Assembly: GCF_009834535.1 (NCBI RefSeq)
Contig: NC_045696.1
Span: forward strand, 70,930,001 to 70,994,000
Reading direction: 5' to 3'
Source of the DNA: Camelus ferus
Taxonomy: Eukaryota
DNA length: 64,000 nucleotides
Shown here: in pieces, positions 1 to 13,766 of the stretch
How positions within the stretch are numbered: position 1 is the first letter of the stretch
How the letters are laid out: every line of letters begins with the position of its first letter
Notes under the pieces: generated by a model
Seen by the model: the letters and a program-made list of their open reading frames with translations, nothing else
What the model was told of the DNA's origin: nothing
Databases searched by the model: none
Program-made: the position numbers and the translations under genes

Positions 1-774
1 ATGGCTTGAGCCCTCATTGGGGTTCTTGTGAGAAGGGCTGGGCAAGGCAGGGTAGGTACTCAGAGTAAGTGTAGGACTGGATTGATTTCATCAGGCTCTG
101 GGCTATATGGCTGGTCCCTATTCATTGGTACCTGGGCAAGTTTGATAAAGGAGATAGTTGGGGAGGCAGGCTCTGGATTGGTTGGTTTGCATATCAAAGG
201 TGCACTTGTTGGTTGTTAGCTATCTCCAGGAATTAGCGAGACCCAGGAGGGGCCATCTCCCCAACGTCAAGGCCCCAAATGCCAGAGGATCAAGAATACA
301 GGAAGCAAAAAAATATAGACAATACAGCATCCAACCAGGGAATTCTGTTACAGCAAAGGAAGCAAAGCCCTGATCACGGGACTCACTGGTGACATCACCT
401 TCCACACCACTCAGAGGCAGAAATCAGAGATTCAGTATCTTCTAAGGTATCCACCCAGAGGTCCCCATCCCATGTGCCCGGGTCCCACAGATCTGCCCTA
501 GGTGAGCATTCAGCCATCTTTGGAGATATGTCACTTGGCCACTTTGTCTATTAAATCCTAGGTTTCATTGCCAGCTCTTTTTTCTTCATCAACTGTATGA
601 GATGAAGGATTCTTTGAATATAGTTCCTTGTGCTATACAGTGGGCCCACTCCAGTTTGGTGCAAACCGTGAACAATTAAGAGGTAATTGAGAAGGGTGGC
701 AAAAAGGTAATTGAGCACACTGAAAACTTGTGTTCCTTTCAGTATTGCATGTAATGATAGGTTTTCATATTTAG

Positions 775-1447
775 GTTCTTTAAAAACTAAAAATAGAGTT
801 ACCATATGATTAAGCAATCCCACTCTTGGGCATATATCTGGAGAAAACTCTAATTCAAAAATTACATGCACCCCAGTGTTCATAGCAGCACTTATGATAG
901 TCAAGACAAGCAAGCAACTTAAATGTCCATCAATAGATGAATGAATAAAGAAGACGTGGTAGAAATATACAGTGGAATGTTATTTAGCCATAAAAAGGAA
1001 TGAAATAATGCCATTTACAACAACATGGATGGACGTAGAGATTATCATACTAAGTGAAGTAAGTCAGACAGAGAAAGACAAATATCATATGATATCATTT
1101 ATGTGTGGAACCTGAAAAAAAAGATACAAATAAACTTATCTACAAACCAGAAATAGACTCAGACACAGAAAACAAACTATGATTACCAAAAGGGAAAGGG
1201 GAGTGGAGAAGGATAAATCAGGAGTTTGGGATTAACATATACACATTACTATATATAAAATAGATAAACAACAACTGTATAGCATAAGGAACCATATTCA
1301 ATATCTTATAATAACCTATAATGGAAAAGAATCTGAAGGAGAATATGTGTATGTGTATATATATATATATAAATAATTTTGCTGTATGCCTGAAACTAAC
1401 ACAGCATTGTAAATCAGCTATACTTCAATTAAATAAATAAATAAACA
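775..1447 (+). mobile_element. L1 3' end (ORF2 C-terminus and 3'UTR)
   Basis: Typical L1 motifs (aaatgtccatcaatagatgaatg, aggaatgaaataatgcc), AAAT tail. Confidence 0.9.
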
Positions 1448-4400
1448 AGAGACTGTCCTTCTGTCCCCAGCAGTGCTTTGTCTTGTCCCTGTAATGAGTT
1501 TTGTGAGGATGCCCACTAGGCGAGTGACACTGTAGTGTCATGGGATCCACAGAGTGTCTTCCTATCTCAGGAGCTGTGTTCCTTGTCCCCAGATAAAACT
1601 GCCAGCTGCTGGGGTGGTTTTTTATGCTGTCAATCTATCAGCCTTCCTGTCTGTCTAGCTTACTCTGTGGGTGTGGTTTCCAGGCCTCACTGAGGGGATT
1701 CCAGGCCTTCTCTGGCTGCTTCTGGAACCCAGGAGGAGGTACAGGAAGAGGAAATGGAGGAGATGAGCATGAACTGGTAGATAACCCAGTCTTCCCAGCC
1801 CCCTTACACACTGATAACTGGTAGGAAATCTCCCTTCCTTATTTTTCTTCTTAAAAAGTAGATTGTCTATCCTTGACCTTTCTCAATATTTAAGATACAG
1901 CTACTTTTAAAAGTATGGTAATAATAAACACAAAATTCAAGAAGATGAACCCCTCAGGGGTGGGGGAATGAAGGAAGCAGATGAATAAAATATGGTGGGA
2001 ACACAGAGGTAGATGTAGGTTATTGATAATGTTTTAGTTCTTAAAACTAATGGCAGGTTCGTGGGTATATCAGTAGGTAAATAAAAGACCAATCATGGAC
2101 CAATGATGAGAGTTTGTCATGATCCAAGGTCACAATTAATCCAGTCTACACACCCAAGATCTGTTTAAAGCTGTGGATGGGAGTAGGCACAGAGTGGGGT
2201 CTCTTGGGTGCAAAAGGCTGTGTGCATTTGTGCCTGAGACTGAGTGCTGAATGTGAGAGGGAGGAAGAGGGAGGGAGTCTGCAGTGGTGGCTCTCAACCA
2301 CTCTTGTATATTGTGAGGATTTCAGATGCCTTCATTTTTCTGTCCTTTTTGTTTTTGTTTTCTATGTTAATTATAGGTGGTTGGAGAACTTGTTTAAAAA
2401 CAAAACTGACTCCATCCACTTCTGACCCAAGAGGAAAGGGGGCAGGGCTGGCATAACTGGCAGCAGATTCTGGGGAAGGAAAAGGGGACCAAGGCACTTA
2501 GCAGAGGAGAGAGAGAATCTGTGAGGAGTTCCAGCAGTAAGGCAGATAAAGTAACGTGGAGTATGGTGGGAACACGAGGTAAAGGTAGGTTACTGAGACT
2601 GTTTTCCTTCTTAAAACTGGTGCTGGGCGGGGATATCTAACACCTAATGATAAAGTGATTTGTCCTGCTGTCATGTAAAAACATCTAGCCTTTTCAGAAT
2701 TAATGGCAGAGGATGTTGAAAATCTAGATTTATATTCTTCAACAGATGTTAGCCAAACAGGGATCAGCTGAAGCAGTGATTGTACAGCAATTTCCGAGGT
2801 GAGTTATGAACAATTTTTTTTAGATCCAGCCTTTTCAATAAAGTCTACTTCTCAAGTAAGTGTTTTGTGTGATTGATACTGGGGAGAAACAAAGAAAGGG
2901 GCCCTCTCTGGGTTGGTAGTAGCAGAGGGGAAAGAATCATGAAATGTGGGGTGCAGGTGATCTCAGCAGCACCCAAGACACAGGGACTCGGAGCTAAAAG
3001 GGAACCTGAGAATGTCAGCCCCCTGGCATCCACAGTCGTTTTCAGAGCCCTCGGGCTTCTCTCAGAATGAGGAGAGGCATGCAAATCAACCATGATGGCA
3101 GCTGACACGTTATGTAGACGAACTGCAATATGGCTAAAGCAAGCTCTATAGACATATGTATCTCTTAGTACAACTGAGAGTCCGCTGCTTCGGGTGACAT
3201 AAGCCTGCTGTGTGTGATGGGTCAGCACAACATTTGGAAGTCTGGGGGCGGGGAAGAGAAGCGAGGAAATGGCCACCAGAGACACGCAGAGAAGATCTCA
3301 AATTGAAACCCCACTAGTGAGGCCACTACAGTGCCACAGTGGAGTCTGTGGTCATAAATGCTGTGATCTGAGGCTGGAAGGCTTCAAGGCTTGGAGAGAG
3401 GTTTTCCATGATGGCAGCCAGGTTGAGCTGCAGTTTGAGGACATCACCGAACATCACCTGAAGGAGCAGTGTTCCTGAGCATCGAAAATAGGCCCTGGGA
3501 GCTGCATGGTAAGTGGTTCAATTAGAGACTGTCTAGAGGGGGTGTGGACTTCATATTTGGAGGGTCAAGTGACATTCTACTTGAAAAGACACAACATGGT
3601 AAACTGACTATACTTCAATTCAAAAAAAAATGTATATATATAAATAGTTTATTTTTAAAAAGAAAAAAAAAAGAAAGTGAACTTCTGGTATTTTTTTCCT
3701 TCCAATCTTTTAAATCTATGTTAACATTTTTATCATTGGTTTCAAGTTTTCAGATGAACATTTTTTAATAAACTTGTTTTAAAGAAAGTAATATTTGTTC
3801 ATTGTATAAACCTGGAACGGATGGAAAAGTGGAGACAAATGTCCCACAGCATCACCACCCAGGATAATCCTCCTGGGTATGTTGGTCCATTTCCCTCCTT
3901 CTGTGTCAGTTGCTAAACTCACATAGTATTTACACTATTAAATCCTGCTTTTCTTCTCTTAATTCTCTTTCTGTAAACTTTACCCCACGATGGGCAGGGT
4001 TTTGAGAAAGTACCAGAGTTCACTGTTTCCCTTCTGTGCGGGAAAAGGCCTTCATAAAAACCCAGGTGCCCTGCTCCCTTGTGGGCTGCCGGGTACCACC
4101 CTGTCTGTGTGAGCCTAGGCCCTCATCCAACATGAAACTGAGAGAGCTGGACCCAGGTAATATGTCTCAGATGCCCAGAAGCCAAGTCTCAGGCAGATGA
4201 GCCACCTCATGTCAGATTCAATGGGAGCTGAGTTGCCAGCAGAGCAGAGGGAGTGTTTGTTTCAGAGGTAGAGGTGAGGATGGATACAAACCCCCAGGGG
4301 GAGCAGGCAAGAGCCAGAGACAGACAGCAGCAGCAGCAATATCTGCCCCCAGAGCCAGGGCTAACAGCCCCTCTGTTCCAGAGACTATCCCAGAGAAGCC

Positions 4401-7400
4401 CCAGACTTCTCCCTAAAGATCTCATAAGAGAAATACCATTGTCTTAGGAAGCCCCAAAGGTCCTGACCATCTTCTCAAAGGAAGAAATGCAGATGTTGTC
4501 TGGTCTGTGGTTCCCTCCCTCTCCAGCATTGTCTTCACACCCAACTGTTTCCCTCTGGGTCTGGCTCTTCTCCTTCTTGCTTCTTTGCCTCAGTAGCATA
4601 TCACTCTGGGCCTATGAGTGCTCACAGCCACCTCCAACCCGGCCAAATAAAACCATTAGAAGATTCAATAAGCAAGATGTTGCTTTTCGAAAGTCTTTGA
4701 GCATGTCTACTAAACCCTGAGAAGGGTTTGGTTATCCGTGAAGGGTGGATGTGGCTGGTCCAATGTGTTGGGACCCTCTCAGGATCTGTGCTCATGTCCT
4801 GTCTATTTCACCACAGTCCAAATGGTCTAGTACTTTGAGCAGTCTTTGCTCATTCTCCTACAAAATCTTGCTACTTTCTAGCTGTGTGTCAGTTAACAAA
4901 TTATTTGTCTTTCTGAGTCCCAGTATTCCCCAATTCCAAAGTTGCCTAAGGTCAGAGCCCAGGGTCATTGACAAAGATGATGCCCCAAAGAGGCAGCAGG
5001 GAAAAGAGGCTGGGTGCAAGCAACAGGGACGGTTCCACATAAAAGGTGTTATGGGAGCAGAGCCTTGGAGTCCTTCTGGCAGAGTTTTTAAGAGCACATG
5101 GAATCTTGGCTCTGGGTGACCATCGGCAACCTACCACCTCGAGGCTTTAGTTTCTTCATCTTACAATGGCAGCAATAACGCCCATCTCAGAGGCTTGCTG
5201 TGAGCATTTACAGATTAAGTGTCAAGACCTCAGCACCCTGGACCCAAGGTAAGGGCTCAAAAAATTGTTCTAGCTACTTTTATAGTGTGAACCATGATTA
5301 TTATTTACCAGGTGGTGAAGGCTGGGTGGTGAGGGCATGTGGGCAGAAAGAACACCGTTAGCAAATATTTGACAAGACAAGGTGTGTTTAGAGACAGAAG
5401 ACCCATCTGCAGGGATGGAAACAGGTTGGGTGGGACTGTGGGACCTGGGTGTAGGACAGAAGATGATGGTCCCACAAGCTCCCCCATTCTGTTCCCTATC
5501 TCACATTTTCTGACCCCCACCACCTGACCAGGTATTCTGTATAGAAATGCTAGCCACAGCCTTGCCTTTCACCAGCCCTCACCTTCTGGAGTGGGAAACT
5601 TCTCTCTAGCTCCCCCAGTGCTGACTGTGTCTACGTCCTTGTCACCACCTGTCTGGACAGTACAAGTCTCCTAAATGGACCTCCTGGGCCCAGTGTTCCC
5701 TCCAGCACAAGCCCCACAGAGGCCCCAGAGCCAGCTCTGCAGAATGTCAGTGTGATCAGCTTACAACCATTCCACCTGTCCGCTGCCTCAGCACAGAGTA
5801 CATTCACGGCCTCCCCTTCCCCTCCAGGTCACTCCCTCCTTCCCTAGAGTCTAGATGACAAAACCACCTGCCTTCATCCAACTATATCACGGACTTGTTT
5901 CTGGGCCTTTGCATGTGCTGGTCCCCCTGCTTAGGATACCCTCCCCCACTTCTTCCCTTGAAAACATTTTTTGGGTCATTTTGTATCCAGTTCACTCTTC
6001 CTTCTTAGGGCCGTGTGGCTCCAGGTATACTCGATGCTAGAACTATTGTATCATGTTCTCCAAGGACCCCACTGCCAGGCTACGAGCTCTCAGCCCATCT
6101 TTACATCTTCAACACCCAGCACAGTGCCTGTCTCTCAACAGAGGCTCCATAGGTACGTGTGGAATGACTGAGACTGGAAAAATGGGTCCACAGCCCGGAG
6201 AGAGGGTCAGGTTATGGAGAGACACCAAAGATTTGGAGGCCAGGAAATGGCATTCCGAGGTGTTTTAGAGAGATAATCATGGGCAAGAATAGGGCAGACT
6301 GGATGTGGCCAGGATGGTGGGACTTCTCCAACTCCAGAGCAAAGCTTAAGGCAGGAGAGCAGTGCACATCCGCTGGGAGAGTCAGAGGGCTGGACGGGAG
6401 AGGAGGGTTCGTCCTCCGCCACCCCTTTAACAATGACCTACTTAGAGGATTCACTCCTGTACTGCAAAAGAGAGCCACGCCTGCAAGAGCTGCCGCAGGG
6501 TCATCCTGCCAAACCGGAAAAGGAGAAGAAGGTGGAGTATCTCCGTGCTCTGGGACATGGCTGCCTGGGGAGGGGCGTCTGTGGGCAGTCTCCTGCTGCT
6601 GCTGTTCCCCAGAAGGTCCGGTGTCTGCTGGTTCCAAGAGCCTGCTCCTCAGGATAGAGAGGCTTCACTGTGGTGTGTAGGCCTAAGAACCGGCTTTTAT
6701 ACCACCCGAGGTTCCAACCTTCCCCCCACCTCAAGGCTCCAGCCCCACCACACCCTTCACTCCTGGGGCCACTGCTGGGACCTGAGGCCCTTCCCCATCA
6801 ACTCCCTCCTTGCCTTCCCAAACCTCCCCATCCCTTCCCCTGGCTCTCTCAGAGGAAGGAAGCTCACTCTGCTCCATGACACCCCTAGTACTCTAGGGAG
6901 ATGTCAGCTGCTGATCACAAAGCTAAAGCCACACTGCCTCAAACCATAATCAGGATTTAGCAGCTCCTATAACAAAAATCTAGGCCAGGGAGGACTTCTG
7001 AAGGGCTTTGATCCACAGGCCCCTAATCTCTTTTCCATCATCTCCTGACAACATGTGGCAGCCCCTGCCATTCATGTCTTAGAGATAGAACAATGGAAAG
7101 GAAAAAAAACCTCTCTGTATTCCAGCATTGCACACCTCCGTCCCACAGCGTTAGCCAGGGTGGAGCCATGCAACCCTCTCTTGTATGTACATTTATGCTT
7201 CCCCTCTCCTGACTTTTTGTCTGATTCTCAAAAGAACCCATGACCCAAAAGAGATTATAAATCATTACCTGGCCAAAAAGAAAATTATTTCATGATAGTT
7301 GTCCTTAATTCTACATGTTGAGCAAATACTCAAATTCTGTTTGGAATTTTAAGTACCTGGATATGGCAGAGGGTTCATTCTGACTCTGCTGGAGGCTGGA

Positions 7401-7749
7401 GATATTCTCAGAGCATAGAAGAGGCAAAACAGAGGACACTGTAGCAGGAAAGTGACAGAATCTAGAACTGAACACATGACCAGCTAGATTTATTTCTCTT
7501 TGGCATAATGTAGATGTAATGTGATTAAATGCTTAAAGAGGAAAGATTGAAAGTAATATCAAAACTCATTTATTATCTGTGCTGTATAATGTGCATAAGA
7601 GTATATATAACAGTATACATAATTATTTGTAACTGTTTATTCTTAGGGCAGTTGTATGGGTAGAATAATTCTCAACTCATCTTTCTTGGTATTTTTATGA
7701 AACCCTAAATTAAAAGAACTCCACCTAAAATGTAAGTTAAAATCACAAG

Positions 7750-8660
7750 GATCTATATATAAAATAAATAAGCTACAAGGATATATTATACAGCATGGGG
7801 AGTATAGCCAATATTTTATAATAACTATAAATGGAATATGATCTTTTAAAAATTGTCAGTCACTATGTGTACACCTGAAACTTATTATATTGTAAATCAA
7901 CTCTACTTCAATTTTAAAAAAACACAGGAAGACACCTCCATACACCTATTAGAATATCTAAAATTAAAGAGGTCAACTATATTAAGTGTTGCGGAAGATA
8001 TGGAGCAACTGGAACATTCTGTGTTGCTGGTGGGGACATAAAATGAAGCAAGTACTTTGGAAAACAGCTTGGCAGCTCTTTAAAAAGTTAAACATACACC
8101 TACTACATGATCCAGCCATTCAACTCCAGGTATCTACCCAAGAGAAATGAAAGCATGCCACCATACAAAGACTTATACACAAATATTTATATCAGCTTTA
8201 TTTGTGATGGCTAAAAACTGGAAATAACCTAAATGTCTATCAACAGATGAAAGGATAAACACATTGTGGTATATTCATATGACAGGCTACTATTCTGCAA
8301 TGAAAAAAATGAACTATGGACACACATACAATAGCATGAATGAATCTCAAAACAATAATGTTGAGTGAAATAAGTCAGCTAGAAAAAGAAAATACATATA
8401 TTATTTCATGTATATAAAATTTTAGAAAATTCAGAAGTTCTCTATAGTGACAGAAAGCACATCTATGATTGTCTAGGTAGCGAGGGGAGGGGAGGAAGAA
8501 TTACAGGGAACACAAGGAAATGTTGGCGAGTAATGGATACATTTATTATCTTGATAGAGATGATGGTATTGCAAGTGTATACACATGTCTAAGCTTATCA
8601 AGTAGTACATTTTAAATACAAAGTATATTGAATATGAATTATACCTCAACAAAGCCTCTT
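7750..8660 (+). mobile_element. Two L1 3' fragments (younger 7750-7922, L1MB-like 7930-8660)
   Basis: L1 3' motifs (actttggaaaacag, tatctacccaagagaaatgaaagca). Confidence 0.8.
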
Positions 8661-9879
8661 AGAAGAAAGAGCCCCAAATGTTCACTGCACTTCTTCCCCT
8701 TTTCTTCTTGGAACCTTGTGTGTTTAGGGCCTCGTTTTAAATTCCCCTTTTTTCTGCCCTGTCTCTTCTTCAACTTCATAATTTGCCTAAATTAGGCAGG
8801 ATTCTCCTCTCTGGGCTGGGGAGTAATGTCCTTCTTTCACAGCAGTGAGATGAAAGGTCGGGACTCAGTTAATCAGAGTCCATTCACAGGGTTAACACAC
8901 CCTGCATTTCCTCTCCTGGTGCCAAGTCATTCCCAGATATTGACCCCACTGATCTGGCCCTATGCCAAAGGTCTGAGTTCTTTGCTAGTCTAGGCAGCTA
9001 TGGATCTCAGAGCTGGGGTGGCTGTCCTGGTGGCAGAGTAAACAGAGAGGAGTCTTTTCTGAAGAGCATGGCCAAGCTTAGAGCAGCAGCCAGATACCTG
9101 TTCCAAGGGCAGAAACTGTTACCACACCTTATGTTACCTTGCCCCCAGGGTAAAAAATGTGACACTTAATGGCACGTTTCTCGCAACATTCAATGACAAA
9201 ATGGAAAAATCTTTATGAAAAGAAAGCTAAAAAGCAAACAAAGATGGCGTCTAATCAGAGATGGATTTAGAACAGGGAATTACAAGTATTTCTAATAGAC
9301 CTCTGGCTGTATACATTACAAATAAAAATAATAATCAAGTTTGTTCATCCCATCTGCTTCCTATAAAAAGGAAAAATTCCTTCCCTGTAAGTGTCAGGAG
9401 GCCTCAAGTCAATGGAGGGGCTCTCCCCACGGTCTACCTGAATTCCCTCCAGAATGACACTGCTGCCTCGGCTTTCTTCTCATCACCCGGCCCTTAGCTC
9501 ATCGCTAGCTTTGGCCCCACCCCTCCAGGGAGGCAGCTCTCAAAGGCCACCAGCAGCCTCAGGGTTACTCTCAGGACCTTTTCTCAGGATTGATCATCTC
9601 TCAGTAGTCTTTACCCTTCCTCTCGCTCTGCCCTTCTCCAAGGCTCCTGCTACATCTCCCGCTGCTCTTTCCCACTGGCTTTTCATTCTATCCCAGCCCC
9701 TTACGTATGGGTAATTTCCTAAATTCTATTCTTGATTGACTTTTCCTCTCTCTGTACACAGGCTCTCTCTGAATATCTTTACCCTTCCAAGAGTTTTATT
9801 TTATTTAAATGACTATGTGGCTAGCCCTAAGATCTCCCTCCATGCTTGAGATCCACAGATGGCAGACTATAAATAAGAT

Positions 9880-10900
9880 ACTTCCTAACAAATGAAAGAA
9901 AAGATTTTTTTAAAATCTGCAACTCAAAATTATGAAAGGGTCCCTTGATGGATTAGAAACTGTGGAGAATTTCTAAAGATGAAATGTTGATTGGATTGGA
10001 GTGAAAAAAGAAAACACAGTCCAAAATGTGGATGGGAGAGCACAATGCCCAGGGGAAGGAGTGCCTGGGAGCTGGACGGGACCAGGGAAACTCAAAGGGA
10101 AAATCACCAAGAGAAGTATTTGGTTTCTATAAACCAACCCCTGCCCACATTCATGCAAACACCAGCCAGTCAGAGGAAACCGGGACAACACAGTTGCCTC
10201 CAGGCAACACAGTGGATGTGGACTCGAGTCAGAGAGAGAAGGCAGGGTCCCCTGCACACCAGAAATGAGATACCCACATCGCAAGCCTTGGCCGTACCCT
10301 GTTCCCAGCTGCCTACCCTCCCCATCTCCCCTCTTGCTCCCAGCCCACTCCTTCCCCAAACAAGTGGCACAGACACTAAAACCCAACTTGGCAGGCCTCT
10401 CAATTATGACCACAGCACAGTCAACAATCACCAAACTCTTGGGTAAGGTCAGCACTGTGAAAGAAGTAGAGCAGACCACAAAAAAGAACTTACAGAGGCA
10501 AGGTGTATTCACAGCAAGACCTAAACATTATCCAGGTCCTGAGAGGAATAAGTGAGGGTCTGGCATCCAAAGAACAAGAACACTCAGGCTGTGCCAAAAA
10601 GGAACCAATGAGAACCCTTGAAAATAAAAAATAATAATGGAAATAAAAAATTTGGTAGATGAGCTGATAATAAAATAATGACAGTTTATAAGAGTTACTG
10701 AGCTGGAAAACTGAGCTGAGGGATTCTTCTGGAATGCAGCACAAGAGGAGAAAAATATGAATTAATATGTTTAAGAGATGTGGGAAATAAATTCTGAAGT
10801 TCCAATATCCCTTTAAATAGGTGTTCCAGAAAAAGGAAATCAAATAGAGAGGGAATTTTCAAAGAAATGTTAAAACTAAAAAATAGAATAAAAAATAATA
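9880..10900 (+). mobile_element. Old L1/HAL1-like 5' and ORF1 remnant
   Basis: A-rich degraded ORF1-like sequence (gaagttccaatatcc...taggtgttccagaaaa). Confidence 0.45.
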
Positions 10901-10963
10901 TTGTGTTCCCATCAATCAGTACTGACTGATGCTTTAATGTTTTACCAGATGTGCTTCAAGTAA

Positions 10964-11045
10964 TTTTTTTTAATGGAGGTACCAGAGATTAAAGCCAGGA
11001 CCCTGTGCATGCTAAGCATGTGCTCTACCACTGAACTATACCTAC
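10964..11045 (-). mobile_element. tRNA-derived camelid-type SINE
   Basis: Reverse complement of gtatagttcagtggtagagcacatgcttagcatgcac...; T tail. Confidence 0.85.
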
Positions 11046-11584
11046 CAGTCGTTGTCACCCAGTCTGATGGGTGAGAAATTATAACTCATTGTAATTTTTA
11101 TTTACATTGCCTTGATTCTAGTAAGTTTGACCATCCTTTCATAGACTACTAGCCATTTGGGATTCTTTTTCTGTGAATTGCCTCTTAGAATCTCTCTTTT
11201 TTAATTGAGATATAATTGACATATAACATTGTATTAGTTTCACTGGGGCAGGGAGCTGAAGTCTGCTGATGGGGGTCTTATGACAGCTAAATGGCAGAAG
11301 TGAGCCCACCTGGCTCCATCTCCCACATTGACTCTTTGGGCAGTGCTTCCCCCGTCAGAGAAATGGGAAACACATTTCATGTTCTTCTCTCCCCCAAGGA
11401 AGATTGTGCTTGTCATGGAGGTCCCACCTCTCTTCTAGAAAGATTAGGCTCAAGACAATCAGTGGCAAGAAATGACTTTTGCCAAGAGAACCTGGCCTTG
11501 CCATCAGACAGACAGACAACATGATTCAGGCATAACATGAGCTGGAGGAAAGTATGTCAGGGCAAGAGTGGACCGTAAACCAGA

Positions 11585-12227
11585 TGTTACCAAACTGAAC
11601 TTCGGTCCGCTTGCCTGATGTGCAGCAAAGCCAATCTGCTAACACCAGGGTGTAGTGAAGGAAAGCACAGCATTTACTGCAGGGCACCAAGCAAGGAGAA
11701 TGAGTGGCTCATGCTCAGAAAACCTGAACTTCCTGGTGGCGTTCAGGAAAGGGATTTTTAAGACAGTGTGAGGAGAAGGGTCACGGGGTACATGATCAGC
11801 TTGTGCTCAATTCTGATTGGTTGATGGTGAAGTAACAGGATGACGTTTTGGGAATCTCAGTCATCAATCTGATTCCAACTGGTCTGGGGTCTACGTCCTG
11901 GTGGTCAGATGCAGCGAACTTCTTCAACATGGTGGGTGTTTTAATGTCTGAAAAGCAACTAAAGGGTATGGCTCAGGATATTATCTATAGCCCTTGGAAG
12001 GAACTAAAAGTCCTTCACTTTGTTTTACAGCTAAACTATTATTATTTTGTCTTGCTTGATCGCTTTCTTTTGTTTCTGCATTTTCTCACTTCTCTGATTA
12101 AATTTGTTCTTTGGAACTCAGGGAAAGCCTAGGAAACTAAAGCTTTTTTGCAAACAGGAGATGGGGAACACAGGGAGCAGGGCGGTCTGTCCCTAAGGAA
12201 AACCCAACAAGGTCTTGCTTGGTTTCA
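11585..12227 (-). mobile_element. ERV1-type solo LTR
   Basis: TG...CA termini, CCAAT box, 4-bp TSD caga/cagg; similar to the LTR at 30962. Confidence 0.85.
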
Positions 12228-13516
12228 CAGGGACAATCAGGTGAATGGGGCACAAAGAGTGATTGTTGGGTCTGTCCCAGCTGCTAAATGCTATGTTCAG
12301 AGCCCTAAGTAACTGGCATGCTGTTTCCTTATACCAACAGCATTCCAGGAGGGGACCCTCCCCGGCCTGGATGACAACGCCAGTCGGCCTGAGATTTTCT
12401 GCTCATTCTTAGAATGAGGGTCTGTGGTCACTTTGGGTTGCAAACATAGTCTCAATTCAGTAAGTGGAATGCCAATGTAAAATATTCATCAAAACTCTGA
12501 ACTTCCTCTCTCTTCCCCCAGCCTGGGCCTGCCCAGCTGGACCCCACAGTGGGGACAGTATAAGAGGATTTGGCTTCTTCTTTTTCCACTAGGCTTCCCC
12601 AGCCAGTTGCCATGGCTACGACTCTGCCACTCTGCGGGAGCAGGCGGGGAAGGGGGCAGCAACAGCTGGAAGTTGACTTCAGGCTTTCTTGCCAGTCAGA
12701 TGTTAAACTCTGCCTCTTGCTCATGGAGTGCTTTAATGCCCTCTCCACAGGTTCCCCATTTAGCCTCTTTCTCCCCAAATTCTCTAATCTGTGGATGTAT
12801 CTCAAGTCTTATCTCATTTTGGGTGGTCACCTATGACCCCCTCCTCAGAGCTAAACTTTAGTTTCTAAGGAAATGCCAACATCTAGCTATCGGAGTCCCT
12901 CCACACAGGACCCAAGACATGGTGCCCTCATAGACTCTCTGCTGTGAGATCCACAGCTGTCCCTGCTCCCCATACCCTGAAAAAACTCTAGGAGTGCAGG
13001 GGGTGGTCCCAGAATGGTGGCAGCAGCCCAACCAGAGCAGCTAGTGAGCCCTCCCCTCCCCTTCCAGAGTTCCCAGGTGGGACCGGAGCCCAGGTCATCA
13101 TGCCCCAGCAGTGGGTATCACACGTTAGGCTCTTGAGCAGCCCCCTCACAGCTATGCCGCCCTCACTAGGTTTGAGGTAAGGGAGCAGGAACTCACCCTG
13201 CCCTCCACGTGGGACTCACAGCACAGCTTTCTTCAAAGAAATCCTCCTCCTCCTCACAAAATCCTTCTGCCTCCTCTATTTCTGCTTCTTTAGAGTCTCA
13301 AAGTGGTCAAGGGGTTTCAAAAGTCTTGGAACAGATGTTGGCATCTCCTTGGAAAATCCCCATAAGGTGACTTGGCACCTCACTTTGGATTTTCACATCT
13401 ATAATACATATTAGTGCTTGGTGGAAAATTTAGTTAAGGCCTTGTTACATTTATAGCCATTGACTCTTTTTTCGTTCATAGGTACAAATAATATTTTTTT
13501 CTTTTAAGGTGAGGAA

Positions 13517-13766
13517 GGTAGGGAAGGATACATTAGGGGTTTGGGATTATCAGATATACACTACTATATTTTAAAAAGGTAACAAGGACCTACTGTACAG
13601 CACAGGGAACTATATTCAGTATCTTGTAATAACCTATAATGGGACAGAATCTGAAAAAGAATATATATATATTTCATATATATATATATATGAAAATCAC
13701 TTTGCTGTACACCTGAAACTAACACAACACTGGAAATCAACTACACTCTAATTAAAAAAAAAAAAG
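13517..13766 (+). mobile_element. 5'-truncated L1 3'UTR insertion
   Basis: Poly(A) tail; TSD-like aag(g/a)tgaggaa on both sides. Confidence 0.85.

Noticed and set aside
6212..6949. Cluster of 130-140 aa ORFs
   Set aside because: GC-rich intergenic sequence with no homology recognised and no consistent splice pattern
9973..10555. Overlapping 150-180 aa ORFs
   Set aside because: Lie in a degraded LINE-like region with no recognisable protein similarity
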